DNA of 63,103 nucleotides, counting the filler, from Octopus bimaculoides (Eukaryota): assembly GCF_001194135.2 (NCBI RefSeq). It is 5 parts of 3 records of this genome, joined end to end, with 100 filler letters (N's around TTAATTAATTAA, not from the genome) between each part and the next. Parts side by side here need not be neighbours in the genome. Positions count along the whole stretch, not along the records: positions 28,767 to 47,594 come from NC_068982.1; positions 47,695 to 63,103 come from NC_068982.1; 3 more parts are not named here. One strand, given 5' to 3'. This document shows positions 39,728-52,679 of this stretch, one piece after another. A program made the translations under genes and the position numbers. A model generated the notes under the pieces. The model saw nothing but the letters and a program-made list of their open reading frames with translations. It did no database searches and had not been told where the DNA came from. The first letter of the stretch is position 1. The number at the start of each line of letters is the position of its first letter.

Positions 39728-40197
39728 TATTTTCCTCTCTCTTCCAACTACCACGTGACCGGTGTCGACCTAAGGCGGTGTCGTTTTTTTCTTTTTTTTT
39801 CGCTCTGCCTTTGACCAGACCAGTCAAGCCTGTCTGGGCTCCTCGCTATGTCTCTTAGGACATTTTCCATTTCTCCTTTGCGTTACCTTACACACGCCCG
39901 TTTGACGGCCGAAAAGCCTTTTTCTGTTGTATTTGTATTATTATTAGTCTTTTGTTGTATACGTACAATTGTTATATTTTGTCTTGTTTGCTTTTGTCCT
40001 TGTCGTACATGATCATTAGCTATTCCCAGAAGGTTCCAGCTCTGACGCTGCCAAGACAGAGTGTTATCAATGTTAAAAACACGAAACCACTAGGATGTCT
40101 TGGACATTGACTGATGAGGAAACAGCAGCGAATTTTCTGTGTATTTTGGTTTTGCCTAATATTCCGTTTGTTATGTTTTTGTTAAATTTTTCCGTTT

Positions 40198-40236
<39 letters not shown>

Positions 40237-40399
40237 AGGTTCAACAATGTAAATAAACATATATTCTGCCACGGATCGATGTATATCAGTTTCTAAATAT
40301 ACCAATGTGTCAGTCATTAAGATATTAAAACATATTAAAAATCTATGAATACATAAATATATAAAAATCTAATATATATATATATATATGTATAAATAG

Positions 40400-41790
40400 A
40401 TGAGTGAATTTAGTTTAGAACGGCGTTGTTAATATAAATATAGACCCTATATCTCCAACCAATCTAATCAGACCAAATACTCAAAATCTAAGAAACGTGA
40501 AATTATATGGTTTGTCTCACCCTTCTCTCTTCAGATCAAATCTTTACCCAAATTGTTTTTTAAGATAGTGAAGGAAAATTTTCCTAAAAATCATAAATAT
40601 TATCCTATTTTTAATAAATCCTCTGTGATATTGTCGTACTCCATTACTCCGAATTTAGGTTCGATCATAGCTCCCATCAATAGATCTAAACTCAGCTTTA
40701 AGAAATCTACCCACACAAATCTTTATAATGAACTCTATAACTCCAAAACTGACACTAACGTAAACATTACGCCGCCAAATCAACCCCTAACAGTCGGGGG
40801 TGACTTAACCTCTAGTTATCGGAAAATTAATATCGGTGCGGCGGGGGGCATGCAATTGAGGAATTAAGGAGTCGTGTCCGTTAGCCGGATCCTGTTTGTG
40901 TAATAATATAGTATATATGTGTTCTGTGGAAATCTCTGCTACACAGAGGGTAAGAGTTTATATAGGAAGCACTGTAGACTTTAAACGTTGATATAGGGTC
41001 TCTTTCAACTCTTTTACTAACGCAAAATATAAATCTTCTACAACACTAGCTTCGTAAATACAAGAACTTAAACTAAAAAATATACAATACTCATTATCTT
41101 GGTCAGTAATAGCAAAAGCACCCCCATACAATTCAATTACGCGCGTATGTAAATTGTGCATTAGTGAGTCCATAAATATTCTTCGTCGATATGAGCCTAC
41201 ATCGTTAAATAAGTTCTAGGATGCTATATTTTCCTGTAACCATAGATATCGTTCAACATTTAAATATTTTGATAAACCTCGATAAATTAACCATTTAATT
41301 TTTAATTATCTATATTTCAGTTAATCTTTATACTCTTGCCATCCGGTAACTTCATATTGATCAATTATTACCTGCTTAACATTTATAAAATTTTCTAAAT
41401 TGCATTTCCCATAATTCTTGTTATAACATTTCCTCCTCCTGTTAACAACTGCACCTCCCTATATAACTAAATCTCATCTACCCAGTACAACATTGCACGA
41501 AATGTGAATCCTGAATAATATACTCTTTGATGAAGAGGACAGTATCCAATTTTTAGAGTGAAAATACCCTTAAAATCTCTGGATTGGTGTAATAAACAAC
41601 AGTTTATCTAAACAGGATTACTTATTCTCTTGGACTATTTACATATGTCTTTTTGAAAAACCCAATCTCAGCGCTACGATGTTTTTTTTTTTGTACTCTC
41701 TTCGGAAGTCTTAATTTATTTATCTTTTGTAAGGGCACACTTTTATTCTTAATAATTTTTACAACGCCGTTCTAAGCTAATTTCACTCAT
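40400..41790 (+). mobile_element. Penelope-like element (linker plus GIY-YIG) followed by an inverted probable 5' segment
   Basis: KREIIWFVSPFS..ENFPKNHKYYPIFNKSSVILSYSITPNLGSII; NIVYMCSV..VYIGSTVDFKR..WSVIAKAPPYNSITRVCKLCISE. A 30-bp inverted repeat (28/30) lies at 40400-40429 and 41761-41790. Confidence 0.85.
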
Positions 41791-42299
41791 TTCTACAGCT
41801 GAGTGAACTGGGGTAACGTGAAATAAAGTGTCTTGCTCAAGAACCCAACGCACAGCTCGGTCCGGGAATAGAACTCACGACCTCACAACTTTAAGTCCGA
41901 TGCTCTAGCCACTGAGCTATGTGCCACAGATGTAATGTGAAGAATCTATCAAAAAGTAACCACATATCACAATATATCTGACACCCAAGGACTCTAAAGT
42001 GGTGGTAGGAGATGGATTATTGAGCGTAAGGGGACAGTATAAAAATACAGTTATTAATTCTGCCCATTACTTTCCAGTTCTCAAATGTGCTTTTAACTTT
42101 GACCGTAAAGACAGGTAGCAAAATCGATTATATCCGCAGCTATAAATTTTTTACAAGAAACACTAGGCCTATGTAATCGACTAGTCCCCCTCCCCCCAAA
42201 TTTCAGGCATCGTCTCTATAGTAGAAGGGATTACTACTGAGATAACAATCCGAAAATGAATATAGTATAGTACTGAAATAGAAAGACTAAGAAATTATA

Positions 42300-43200
42300 C
42301 CAACTTAAATATAGTGCCGATTTAAATCAGGAATACACAGAGCAGTTGCCAGTAAGATCTACAGGTCTAGTGACCCAAAGTCAATCTATGTAAGTCAATA
42401 AAATATAGTATAGGTCCTAGCGCACAGACTTGCCCATATGATGCCTTGCTGATGAATTATAAGAGACATTTAGGAATGTGTGTTGCATCTAATTTGTCAT
42501 TGGTACGTCTGTAATGATATACAGCTATATTTGTAGGTATATGCGGCTATCATATTGAACTCACTGGGTGAAAGGTGTTGACACTAGATGAACTGCTTGG
42601 TTAGCTTTACGTGCGCCTTCTACAAGAATCGAATCACTAGACGTTATCATCTGGTCAAACGGTAATATATACCGATGTAATGTTCGCATTCGCTACCAAC
42701 CACTCAACCATACATGATAGCTTTCTCTCTGCTCACTTCTAGATGAACAGGAAACTCTTATCGTTATATCGTCCTAATTGTTACCGACTTAGAGATACTC
42801 ACCAAACTAAACACAAGAATTAAAGGGCTCCGTCGGGCCTACACCTCACGACGTTGGTTGGTGACATATACTTACGTCTATAGGTGCCATGCTACAAGCT
42901 CCCTGAGTTACCCGGTTTCATCTTGTCTCCTGTCACCACCTCGTAATTTTTTAGAATGATTCTGACCTACTCGGCTTCTGTGGTATCTGACACCAACAAG
43001 ATGCTATCTGATTGACCTAACAACCTAACAAACACTATATCTAGATGCAATTTGTGTCACAACGATGTGTTTCTCCAAACAAATCGCGAGTTATCCATGT
43101 AACTCAATTGGTCAGTTCTACAAGACTGATCGGAAAAAATAAATGGTTTAAGCGGGCAAAACTGAAAGTAAATTATAGCAGATCCACGGGACGATACTTC
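42300..43200 (-). mobile_element. Older, heavily decayed L1/Tx1 RT-region fragment
   Basis: Minus strand gives ILKNYEVVTGDKMKPG.. and ANANITSVYYRLT (compare ANAYIASVIYYRLT). Boundaries approximate. Confidence 0.55.
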
Positions 43201-43220
43201 ACTGAAAATCACCGTTGATC

Positions 43221-43258
<38 letters not shown>

Positions 43259-43283
43259 TGATGATGATGATGATGATGATGAT

Positions 43284-44344
43284 GGTTTCTTTTATTTCTC
43301 ACCAGGGTGAAAGATGAAGAGGTCAATACAAAGACAGACATAAAGTGTTGGGGTTTACATATAATGGAAATGATTTTAAAAAGGTAAAGCATACACGGTG
43401 TACATTAAAAGTAGGGACGTATACATAGTATACGACACCAAGGGGGGAAAAACGCGATAGTGATGGGGTCCTCCTGATGCAGGAGGACCTCTAGGAATAA
43501 TCGATGAATCCCATCATCCAAGACCTCCCTGAATACCAAGGACGAGTGCCCTCTCCATCTTCTTTCTCCCGACTCACAGGTCTACACTTAGAGCAGTACC
43601 ATCCCCTCCTACCACTGTCGCAACTTTCACCTACCTTTTGATAGATTCTCTCGAGGACAACACCTCCCTCTCTGCCCTCTCTTTCCTTCTTAAATGAAGC
43701 TAGAAAAAATCGATGAGGGCTTTACCAAAGAGGGATGTCTCAGTCCTCATTCTTTTCAGACTCATCCACCACACAACTACTTTCGCTACAGCCACCAGGC
43801 AAAGGAAAACTGTCTTGCCTCTCCGATTAAAGGAGGACGGCGGGGAAATCATCACTATAGACTCGGCCGACAGATTGATCCGTCCCACACGCGACAGCGG
43901 CTGGTCGATACAACTCCGCAAGTCAGCAACGCCCGGACACTGGAACGAGAGTATGCATAACGGTTTCGTCACTGCGCACACCTCGGACAAGCCTGTCTGA
44001 CAGCACATCCGTACCTGTAGAGTTTAATCTCAAACCGGTAGCCCTCCCATCCTTCCCCGGTAGCACTACCAGGCCAAAGACCTCTGGAAATTATCCATAG
44101 TAGTCCCCGACTGGAAAGTCCTGGATGTAGACTAAGCCACTTCGTCGACGTCTGGGATCGCCCCCAACGACGTCGTCGCACTTCTCCGCTACTAATCGCC
44201 TGTATGAAGTTAAAGTGGAACATCCACCGATCCTATTGCCCGACTGGTAGAGGACAGTGAGCGCCTGACAACATTCTGTGTGCCAGGCGCCCAGACTCGG
44301 TCTATCCTTCACCGTCAAAGAGACGATCTGCGGAAAGACATGTC
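43284..44344 (-). mobile_element. 5'-truncated L1/Tx1-like element with intact 3' end
   Basis: Homologous to 2311-3544 (HVFPQIVSL..CQALTVLYQSG). 3' end ccctggtgagaaataaaagaaacc is followed by (ATC)n(ATT)n. Confidence 0.85.
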
Positions 44345-44540
44345 TCTTTTCTACTACAGGCACAAGGTCTGACATTTGAGGGGGAGGGGCTAGTCGATTA
44401 CATCGACCCCCAGTGTTCAACTGGTATTTATTTTATCGACTCCGAAATGATGAAAGGGTGGAGTCAACCTCGACGGAATTTGAACACAGAACGTAATGAC
44501 AGGCGAAATACTGCTAAGCATTTTGTCCAGCTCGCCACTT
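44345..44540 (-). mobile_element. SINE family A lacking its tail, fused to Tx1
   Basis: Ends gtgcctgtagtagaaaaga directly at the Tx1 sequence. Confidence 0.85.
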
Positions 44541-44558
44541 GAGTAGTAGTAGTAGTAA

Positions 44559-44627
<69 letters not shown>

Positions 44628-44869
44628 CAGTGACACAAGGTTGCAAATTCATAAGAATAGTGTATTCCTTAAATAAAGGAATAATTGAATGCACAAACGC
44701 GCGCGCACATACACATACACACGCGCAAATAAAAATCATACGCATATATTTGTTTATATGTATGTATGCATGTATGTATGCATGCATGCATGCATGTATG
44801 TCTGTACGTACGTATGGCTATGTGTATTCGTATATGTACATGATGTACTTTTTGTATGTAACATACATT

Positions 44870-44952
<83 letters not shown>

Positions 44953-45181
44953 TCGTGAATACGTGAATGTTTATGTATATATTATCATATTTATGCAAAC
45001 AAGTTTTGGGGGGTTTTTTCCTTTCTTTTCTTTCTCCTTTTCTTTTCTTTCATTTTGTCGGTGTACTTATATACATTCTCAACGATAAGCGATAAGAACA
45101 AAAGTAAATAACTTATTCCTGTCTATCTCCTCAACAACAAATCACAGAAATGATACGCCCACACATACACGCAAACACGCG

Positions 45182-45217
<36 letters not shown>

Positions 45218-45868
45218 GAGACATACACACACTTACATGAACATACGTACATGCATTCATTTATTCATTGATACATACAGAGAGAGACAGACAGACTGAC
45301 AAACATACATAGAGAAGACACGGGCAAATATAGAACCAACAAATATAACAAAAACCGTTATCATGAACGAAAGCAACAACGAAAGAATTGTCTCAGATAT
45401 ACATACAGACAGCAACAAACAACTAAAATAACAAAAGAAATCAGACAGGAAATATTCGACCGATGTAGTTGTAATATCAACCATTTCTTTGCCTATGACA
45501 AATAAAATCTGACCGGGAAAAGATGGCAAAAGATCAAAGAAAAGTATAAATTATTTTATTTTAATTTATCTTATTTTATTGACAACGATTGTTATTTGAT
45601 TTATTATTTATTATTTTTTTGCCCTTTTTTTTTTGTAATATATTATTGGTTGTAATTTAACTTTATCTAAACAATTGTGTACTTTTGCTACGTTTGCCAT
45701 ACCTCAGTCATGTTTTATTCCGGCGGTAGGAGACATTTGTTACAATGCTAAACCTTCATCTTTAATAGTCACGTTAACATTTGCTATGTACAATACTGCC
45801 ATTTTTACCCGATTTAAAACCCGTTCTTTTATGTTGCTGGTATAATTTTACACTTCGTATATTGAAAG

Positions 45869-45939
<71 letters not shown>

Positions 45940-46292
45940 NNNNNNNNNNNNNNNNNNNNNNNNNNNNNNNNNNNNNNNNNNNNNNNNNNNNNNNNNNNNN
46001 NNNNNNNNNNNNNNNNNNNNNNNNNNNNNNNNNNNNNNNNNNNNNNNNNNNNNNNNNNNNNNNNNNNNNNNNNNNNNNNNNNNNNNNNNNNNNNNNNNNN
46101 NNNNNNNNNNNNNNNNNNNNNNNNNNNNNNNNNNNNNNNNNNNNNNNNNNNNNNNNNNNNNNNNNNNNNNNNNNNNNNNNNNNNNNNNNNNNNNNNNNNN
46201 NNNNNNNNNNNNNNNNNNNNNNNNNNNNNNNNNNNNNNNNNNNNNNNNNNNNNNNNNNNNNNNNNNNNNNNNNNNNNNNNNNNNNNNNNNNN

Positions 46293-46323
<31 letters not shown>

Positions 46324-46764
46324 GTACAGGACATCACCAACAGTAAACAACATGAAATACGAAAACAAATGAGTTGAATACGGAAACAACGAAAGAAACA
46401 AATAGTAAACAGGACAAGTAACATAAAGACCGATCCTTTATCAGTTGTCAGCTGTCTATCTACTCCTCATTTCGAGCATTCGTCAAACATTAAGGCAAGG
46501 CAAACATCTCAAGTCATATACAATATCATTACAGGAAGAAATTCAAAATCTTACAGCTGTTTCTTGGATATCCCCGAGTACGGGATATTCCGTCATCAGA
46601 AACAAATTGTGGGGAAAATATGGAAAATGAGAAGTGTATATCAATAAGATGACAGCATAGAGAAAGGGAGAAAAAGAATAAGGAGATGGAAAGAAAAGAA
46701 AAAAGAAGCATAAAAGTTTATAGTTCAACTTTCCGAATTTGTAGGAACCAAAGCATGACTCCTT

Positions 46765-46871
46765 AGGTGCAATCTTGCGTAGGTGCAATCCTGTGTAGGT
46801 GCAATCCTGCGTAGGTGCAATCCTGCGTAGGTGCAATCCATGAGTGTAAGTCTTTAGGTGCAATCCTGCAT
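46765..46871. repeat. Array of six AGGTGCAATC cores (four tandem 16-bp units plus two more)
   Basis: Cores start at 46765, 46781, 46797, 46813, 46829 and 46856. Confidence 0.95.
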
Positions 46872-47039
46872 ATATCCATGTGGGTTAAAGTCCTGATATA
46901 GTAGACATCCCAAGAAAAAAGACGCGAACGTATCAACGTTCAATAACAGAATGTAATCCATTGCCTATATTGCGGGAAACGTAAGTACGTAAGTACGCGC
47001 CTGTGGGCTGGAATTTGCGTAGGAAAGACGAGGACTTAC

Positions 47040-47110
47040 CATGGTGCACCTGTTGAGCAGGGTAACTTACAATCTGTGGGATTCCTGAATCATCCTTGGC
47101 TATCACTCCC
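47040..47110 (-). other. Candidate first exon ending in the start codon (gcaccATG|GTAAGT)
   Basis: Kozak-like caccATG at 47042-47040 is immediately followed by a consensus donor. A second GTAAGT lies about 30 nt upstream. The surroundings retain CpG. No downstream exon identified. Confidence 0.3.
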
Positions 47111-47720
47111 CTCTATTGGAGAATTTTATTGTTTATAATTTTATTGTAATTAATGTTTTTTTAAAATATTGTTTACATGCATTTTTATGTATTTTTGCGT
47201 CGTCCTTTTCATTCTGTGCGCGGCCCTTGTGGTTATTAAAGAAAGAATCATCATCATCATCATCATTTCCTTCCCCCAAAGTGCCCATAGTAGAAAGGAT
47301 TATTACAACAACAACAACAACAACAACAACAAGCTTGATCCGATTCTGGGTACTTTGATCAATGGTGCATTCATCTGGAAGGATACTTCAGAAGTAGGTA
47401 CTCGAGAACTGTACAATGATGAATATAGAGTAAATTATAGGGCGAACAGGACGTCACTTAGATAATCAGTCAGTCTCGTCAAAATGTTTTCGTCTTTATC
47501 GTTATATCTTTTTTAGCTCTTATAGCTAAAAATATCAAATAAATGTGCCACCAGAATACACATATCTGTTAAATGAATTTCAAAAATATGTTTCNNNNNN
47601 NNNNNNNNNNNNNNNNNNNNNNNNNNNNNNNNNNNNNNTTAATTAATTAANNNNNNNNNNNNNNNNNNNNNNNNNNNNNNNNNNNNNNNNNNNNCATCAT
47701 CATCATCATCATCATCATCA

Positions 47721-47805
<85 letters not shown>

Positions 47806-48352
47806 AGCATTGGGCTGGCGGGGTCGTTAATGCTTCAGACAAAATGCTTATCAGTATTTCTTCTGACTCTGCTCATTCTGAGTTCAAATCCTATTGAAGT
47901 TAACTTTTCCTTTCATCTTTTCAGGGTCAGTAATATATAGCACCAGTCAAGTGCTGGGGTTGATGTATTTGACTTGCCCCCTCCCCTCAAAATTGCTCGT
48001 CAAGTGCTAAACTTTGAAACCATTTTTGTTGCTGTTGTTCAGGCAGTGACCTGGCAGAGTCACCATTGTGTCGGACAGAACGTTCAGTGGCATCTCTTTT
48101 GACTCTTCACATTCTGAGTTCAAGTCCTACCAAGGTCAACATTGCCTTTTGTTCCTCAAAAGTTAAAATAACTGCCAAGTCCTGGGGTTAATGGGATCAA
48201 CATAACCCACCCCTACTGTTACACCTCATGATTGCTGGACTTGTGCCTAAATTAGGCAATAGTTGTATGATTTTCTTTCTGGGTCCATTCATACGTCAGC
48301 CTTTAAATCCCTCTTTTGCAGGGGCCCTAAATTGTATAAACCCACCATTTAC

Positions 48353-48417
48353 CTTTAGATACCAGTTATATCCATAGTTTTTGTGTAGATCTGACACAAA
48401 ATACAATTGCAGGATTT
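48353..48417 (-). CDS. Candidate 65-nt internal exon of an unidentified gene
   Basis: Strong acceptor ttaattttgcttttctgatcttcag and donor AAG|gtaaat. Only one frame is open: (X)ILQLYFVSDLHKNYGYNWYLK. FVSDLH loosely recalls metallophosphoesterase motif I. Confidence 0.35.
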
Positions 48418-48867
48418 CTGAAGATCAGAAAAGCAAAATTAAGAATTGTACCTTGTGAAAGTTGACATTGCTCTTCCTCAGATAACCCCAAGGTGGCACT
48501 TGTGAAATTCCAACTCACACTGGTAACTTGAACCCCTATATGTTCGGTTAATTAAACTTTTTTTTCTTGTTTGTAAAAAGATCCTGGAATCATTCTGCAT
48601 ACATTGGTATGTGTAGTGTAGTTGTAGAATTTGATGAAGGCCACAACGCAGTCAATGGTAAATGTATTATTTTATAGTAAAAGTACAAATTGACAGGAAT
48701 GTACTGATGGCCGAGGTTGAATGAAAAACCTTCAACAAGTGTGTGTGTGTACATACACACACAGGAACTACTATGTATGTGTGCAGTATATATATATAAT
48801 GTATATGTGGATACGTATGTGTGAATGCATGTATGTAACTATTCATCTAGGTATGTATGGAAGTTGT

Positions 48868-49200
48868 CATCATCATCATCTAACGTCCGTCTTCCCTTCT
48901 GGCATTGGTTGGATGGTTTGACAGGATCTCACAAGGCAAACGGCTTTGTTGGTCTCCAATGCCTGATTTGGCATGGTTTCTACAGTTGGGTGCCCTTCGT
49001 AACATCAACCTCGTTACAGAGTGTAGCTGGGTGCTTTTTATGTGGCACCAGCACTAGTGAGGTCACCAAGTACTTCGCAAGACCCCTCAAGTGACTGGGA
49101 GTGCTGTGGGAGGTGACTTTGTGCCAGGTGTAGAGAGAACTAAATTAGGAAAGAGGGACAGGAGCAGGTGTCTTGCTCTGGAGGAGATACACTGAATATT
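48868..49200 (-). mobile_element. RTE 3'UTR fragment with (GAT)n tail
   Basis: Reverse complement resembles the RTE 3' end at 54050-54240. Confidence 0.6.
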
Positions 49201-51671
49201 TGGATTTAAGAATATAGGTTCCATGTGATATACATATTCATGATGTCTAAGACATGCTGATTTCTCCAATTTTAACCCCACCCGAGTCACCATCTTCCTC
49301 TAATCACTCTAACATTCTCCAAACAAGTATTTATGTTTGCCTGTATGTGTACAAATGTGTGAGTATAAAAACAAAGTCCTGTCCCCCTTTCAATTTTCTA
49401 TCTCTCCTCCACACCCTGGCCTTAACCACTCCCAGACTTCTTGAAATTTTTGTTTATTTTATTATTTATTTTTGTTTTTTTTTATATGATTTCTCAATGT
49501 CAACTCATCTCCCCCACACACACACACTTTTGTGTAACCCCCTTCCTCACTCTCCCAGACAAATACCAGATCTTATTATTAAAGAAACTGATATGAGAAC
49601 AGACCAGTCTGAAGAATGCTTTAAGCAGGAAACTCTCGATCTTCGGTCAGTGTTTTGAAAAAAAATTTGGTCACTTAAAAAATAGAATTACAATTTGTAA
49701 AGATTTGTTCATTAAAAGCAAAATAATAACGATCAGATAAGTCATTCTTTTTATTTTTCAAACGTGTCTGTGTGTATGTACGTGTATCTATATATATATA
49801 TATACATATATATACATACACACACACACACACAGACAGACATACACACACAGTATATTGTTCTGTTGTTGGTATCCAGCAAGAGATAAATGCTATTTAA
49901 TGAAGAAACCTATGGTATCACTTTAGAGAATGCTATTTCTGATACAAATATAAATTGCAGAGTCGTTAAGTAATGCATAAAGTCTCTTACAGCTGTTTCT
50001 AGAATAGCTGTGCATATGGTGTATAGGTCATTGAACAAACATTTCCATAGAAGCCAACTATTCCATCTTCAAAGCATCAAGGAATTATTCTTAATAAATG
50101 TGAGCAGCTACAGTACAGTTTCCTGCTCTGAAAGTTCAAGCTTAGACATGTTTATACAAGTCCAACTGATTACTGTTCCATTTTGTAATTGCTTAATTGC
50201 TTACACTGAAATCCTGTGTTCATTGAATGAAATGAATATAAACTAACTGAAAGTGGTTGTTTGTCATGCTAGAAATAGCAGAAAAATCTCCCCCTTTGCC
50301 CTCTCCACTACCACATTCCTGTATATAACACACAATGATGAAAATATGTTCATCATTTTACTGCAGAAATCAGATATATATCTACTTCAAATCTCATTAC
50401 CTTTAATTTTGGGAAGCAGTTTTATATTCCAGTCCATCTTTTGTTGAGGAATGTCATGTTTGAAGCTATTTTGTACTGAGATATGCCAAGTTTATTGAGG
50501 CAATATGACTTGCAGAAAATAATACAAGTTGCATTTTCTCTTTTTTCTTTAAATTTTTGTAAACATTTAATGTCATTATTGGAATAATGACATTAAATGA
50601 AATTTAATTTTATAATCAAAGAGTTATTTATCACATTTTAGAATGAAGAAATTGTTGCTTGTTTCATGGACAAAGGTATTTATAAACAGTGACATACATT
50701 TAGGTAGGGGTTTCACTCAGCAACAAATCTTATGAAATACTTTTATTTTTTTATTTGACCCAAGATGGAGGGGGAAAATAACATATTACACCCCCTTCTC
50801 AGTGGTGCCCTGGGGTAAGATAGAACCACTATCCCAAGATGTTTCTACGTTGCTGCTCTTGTGTCTACCTAAAAATATCACTGACATAATGAGAAGTTGT
50901 TTTAAAAATGATGTATTTAAATCTATCAGACTAATGTAATCAATAACCAATCATTAGAATAGATTTGAATACCTCATGTTTTATATAAGTCGTAGAGTTA
51001 TTTTGGGGTATTATAATTGTTGTTTAGCCCTAGGTCATTCCTGTTCTGATTCACAAGACTTACAATCAAAGACGTTCCAACTATGAACACCTCATCCTAC
51101 TCTGGGGCATTGTCTTTCAAAACTTTCCAATATGTTTCTTCCTATTCAAGATGATGATATGTGTAATTTCAGTGAGATTTAGCCACATTTTCTAGCAGTT
51201 TATGTGACCACATAGAGGGACCCCCCCCCTCCTCATTCTCTCTCTCTCTGGTTCATGTTACCATAATGTTATTTGTTATTGCTGTTTAACCCCAGGTCAA
51301 CCCTGATAAGGAGTCCTGTGATCAACAGACATTACAGCCATATCCATACCATCTGCATTTTAGGGACTTCATTATCCAGTGTTTTTTCCCCTTTGTACAA
51401 AAACAGGATGTAATATGAGCATAATTTGGTTGCTATTTCTAGTATATCAAAAGGCCACATAAAGACCCTCCCCTCTTGTATCTTAACATTGTGAGGATAT
51501 GGTAGGTCTGCACAGTGTCCCAGTTAGGCTGATTATCTCCGTTGAAAACATTCAGCTGCGTTAACAAATGAAACCCGGACAGCTTTTCCGTCTTGCCATC
51601 ATGAACAGACAACTTTCACCATCAACAATGAAAGCTCTTAGGAAAAACATGCTAAATTAACAGGCACAACA

Positions 51672-52035
51672 AACGTGGCTGTGTGGCACCTTGGGCAAGT
51701 GTCTTCTGCTGTAGCCTTAGGCTGGCCAAAGCCTTGTGAGTGAATTTGGTAGACAGAAACTGAAAGAAGCCCATCGTATATATATATATATATTTATTTA
51801 TTTATTTATTTATTTGTGTGTCTGTCTTTGTATCTGTTTGTCATCCAACACCACTTGACAACCAGTGTTGGTGTGTTTACATCCCTGTAATTTAACAGTT
51901 CAGCAAAAGTGACCAATAGAATAAGTGCCAAACTCCAAGGAAAGTCCTGGGGTCGATTCAATTGACTGAAACCCCTCCAAGGCTGTGCCCCAGCATGGCC
52001 ACAGTCCAATGCCGAAAACAAGTAAAAGATAAAAG
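51672..52035 (+). mobile_element. CORE-type SINE family C with internal (TA)n/(TTTA)n tract
   Basis: gtggcaccttgggcaagtgtcttc (CORE-like), internal microsatellite after cccatcgta, and 3' module ending aacaagtaaaagataaaag. Other copies or pieces lie at 56760-56935, 58840-59040 and 59700-60060 (+), and 4560-4770, 6160-6310, 35650-35790 and 54830-54960 (-). Confidence 0.8.
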
Positions 52036-52251
52036 AAAATGAAGTATTGTTTAAATAATGAACAGAATAGAAATGAGATTTAAATTATGATAATTAATAT
52101 AGTGATGGCAGTGTGGATCTAAAGTTTGTTCTGTAACCAAGTGGTCGGGAGTTCAACCTCTCACCACAGCACTTTAGGTTAAGTGTCCTCTGCAGCCACA
52201 AATTGACCAATAGAAACTATATAATTGACCAATGGCCAATAGAAACTATAT

Positions 52252-52480
52252 GAGGCGGTGAGTTGGCAGAAATGTTCGCACAAACGAAATGCTTAGCTGT
52301 ATTTCGTCTGCCTTTACGTACTGAGTTCAAATTCCGCCGAGGTCGACTTTGCCTTTCATCCTTCCAGGGTCGATAAATTAAGTACCAGTTACGCACTGGG
52401 TCGATGTAATTGATTTAATCCCTTAGTCTATCCTTGTTTGTGCCCTCTATGTTTAGCCTCTTGTGGGCAATAAAGAAATA
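52252..52480 (+). mobile_element. SINE family A tail-1 subfamily with 11-bp TSD
   Basis: TSD AGAAACTATAT at 52241-52251 and 52481-52491; tail ends gtgggcaataaagaaata. Confidence 0.88.
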
Positions 52481-52679
52481 AGAAACTATATAATTGTATA
52501 ACTGGCAGTTCTGACGATGAGAGTTCCAGTTCATCCGATCATCAAAACAGCCTCCTCTTGAAATTGCCATAGAAGTGGCTGAGCACTCCACAGACATGCA
52601 TACCCTTAATGTAGTTCTCAGCATGGCAGAGAACGTGACAAAGCTGACCCTTTGAAGTACAGTTATGATAAGGTACACT

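Noticed and set aside
46765-46871. CRISPR-like array
   Set aside because: The repeats are 10-16 bp with near-identical 6-nt spacers, there are no cas genes, and the context is eukaryotic.
48452-48535. 84-nt exon candidate GVQVTSVSWNFTSATLGLSEEEQCQLSQ
   Set aside because: It would need a 34-nt intron to the next candidate and has a poor acceptor.
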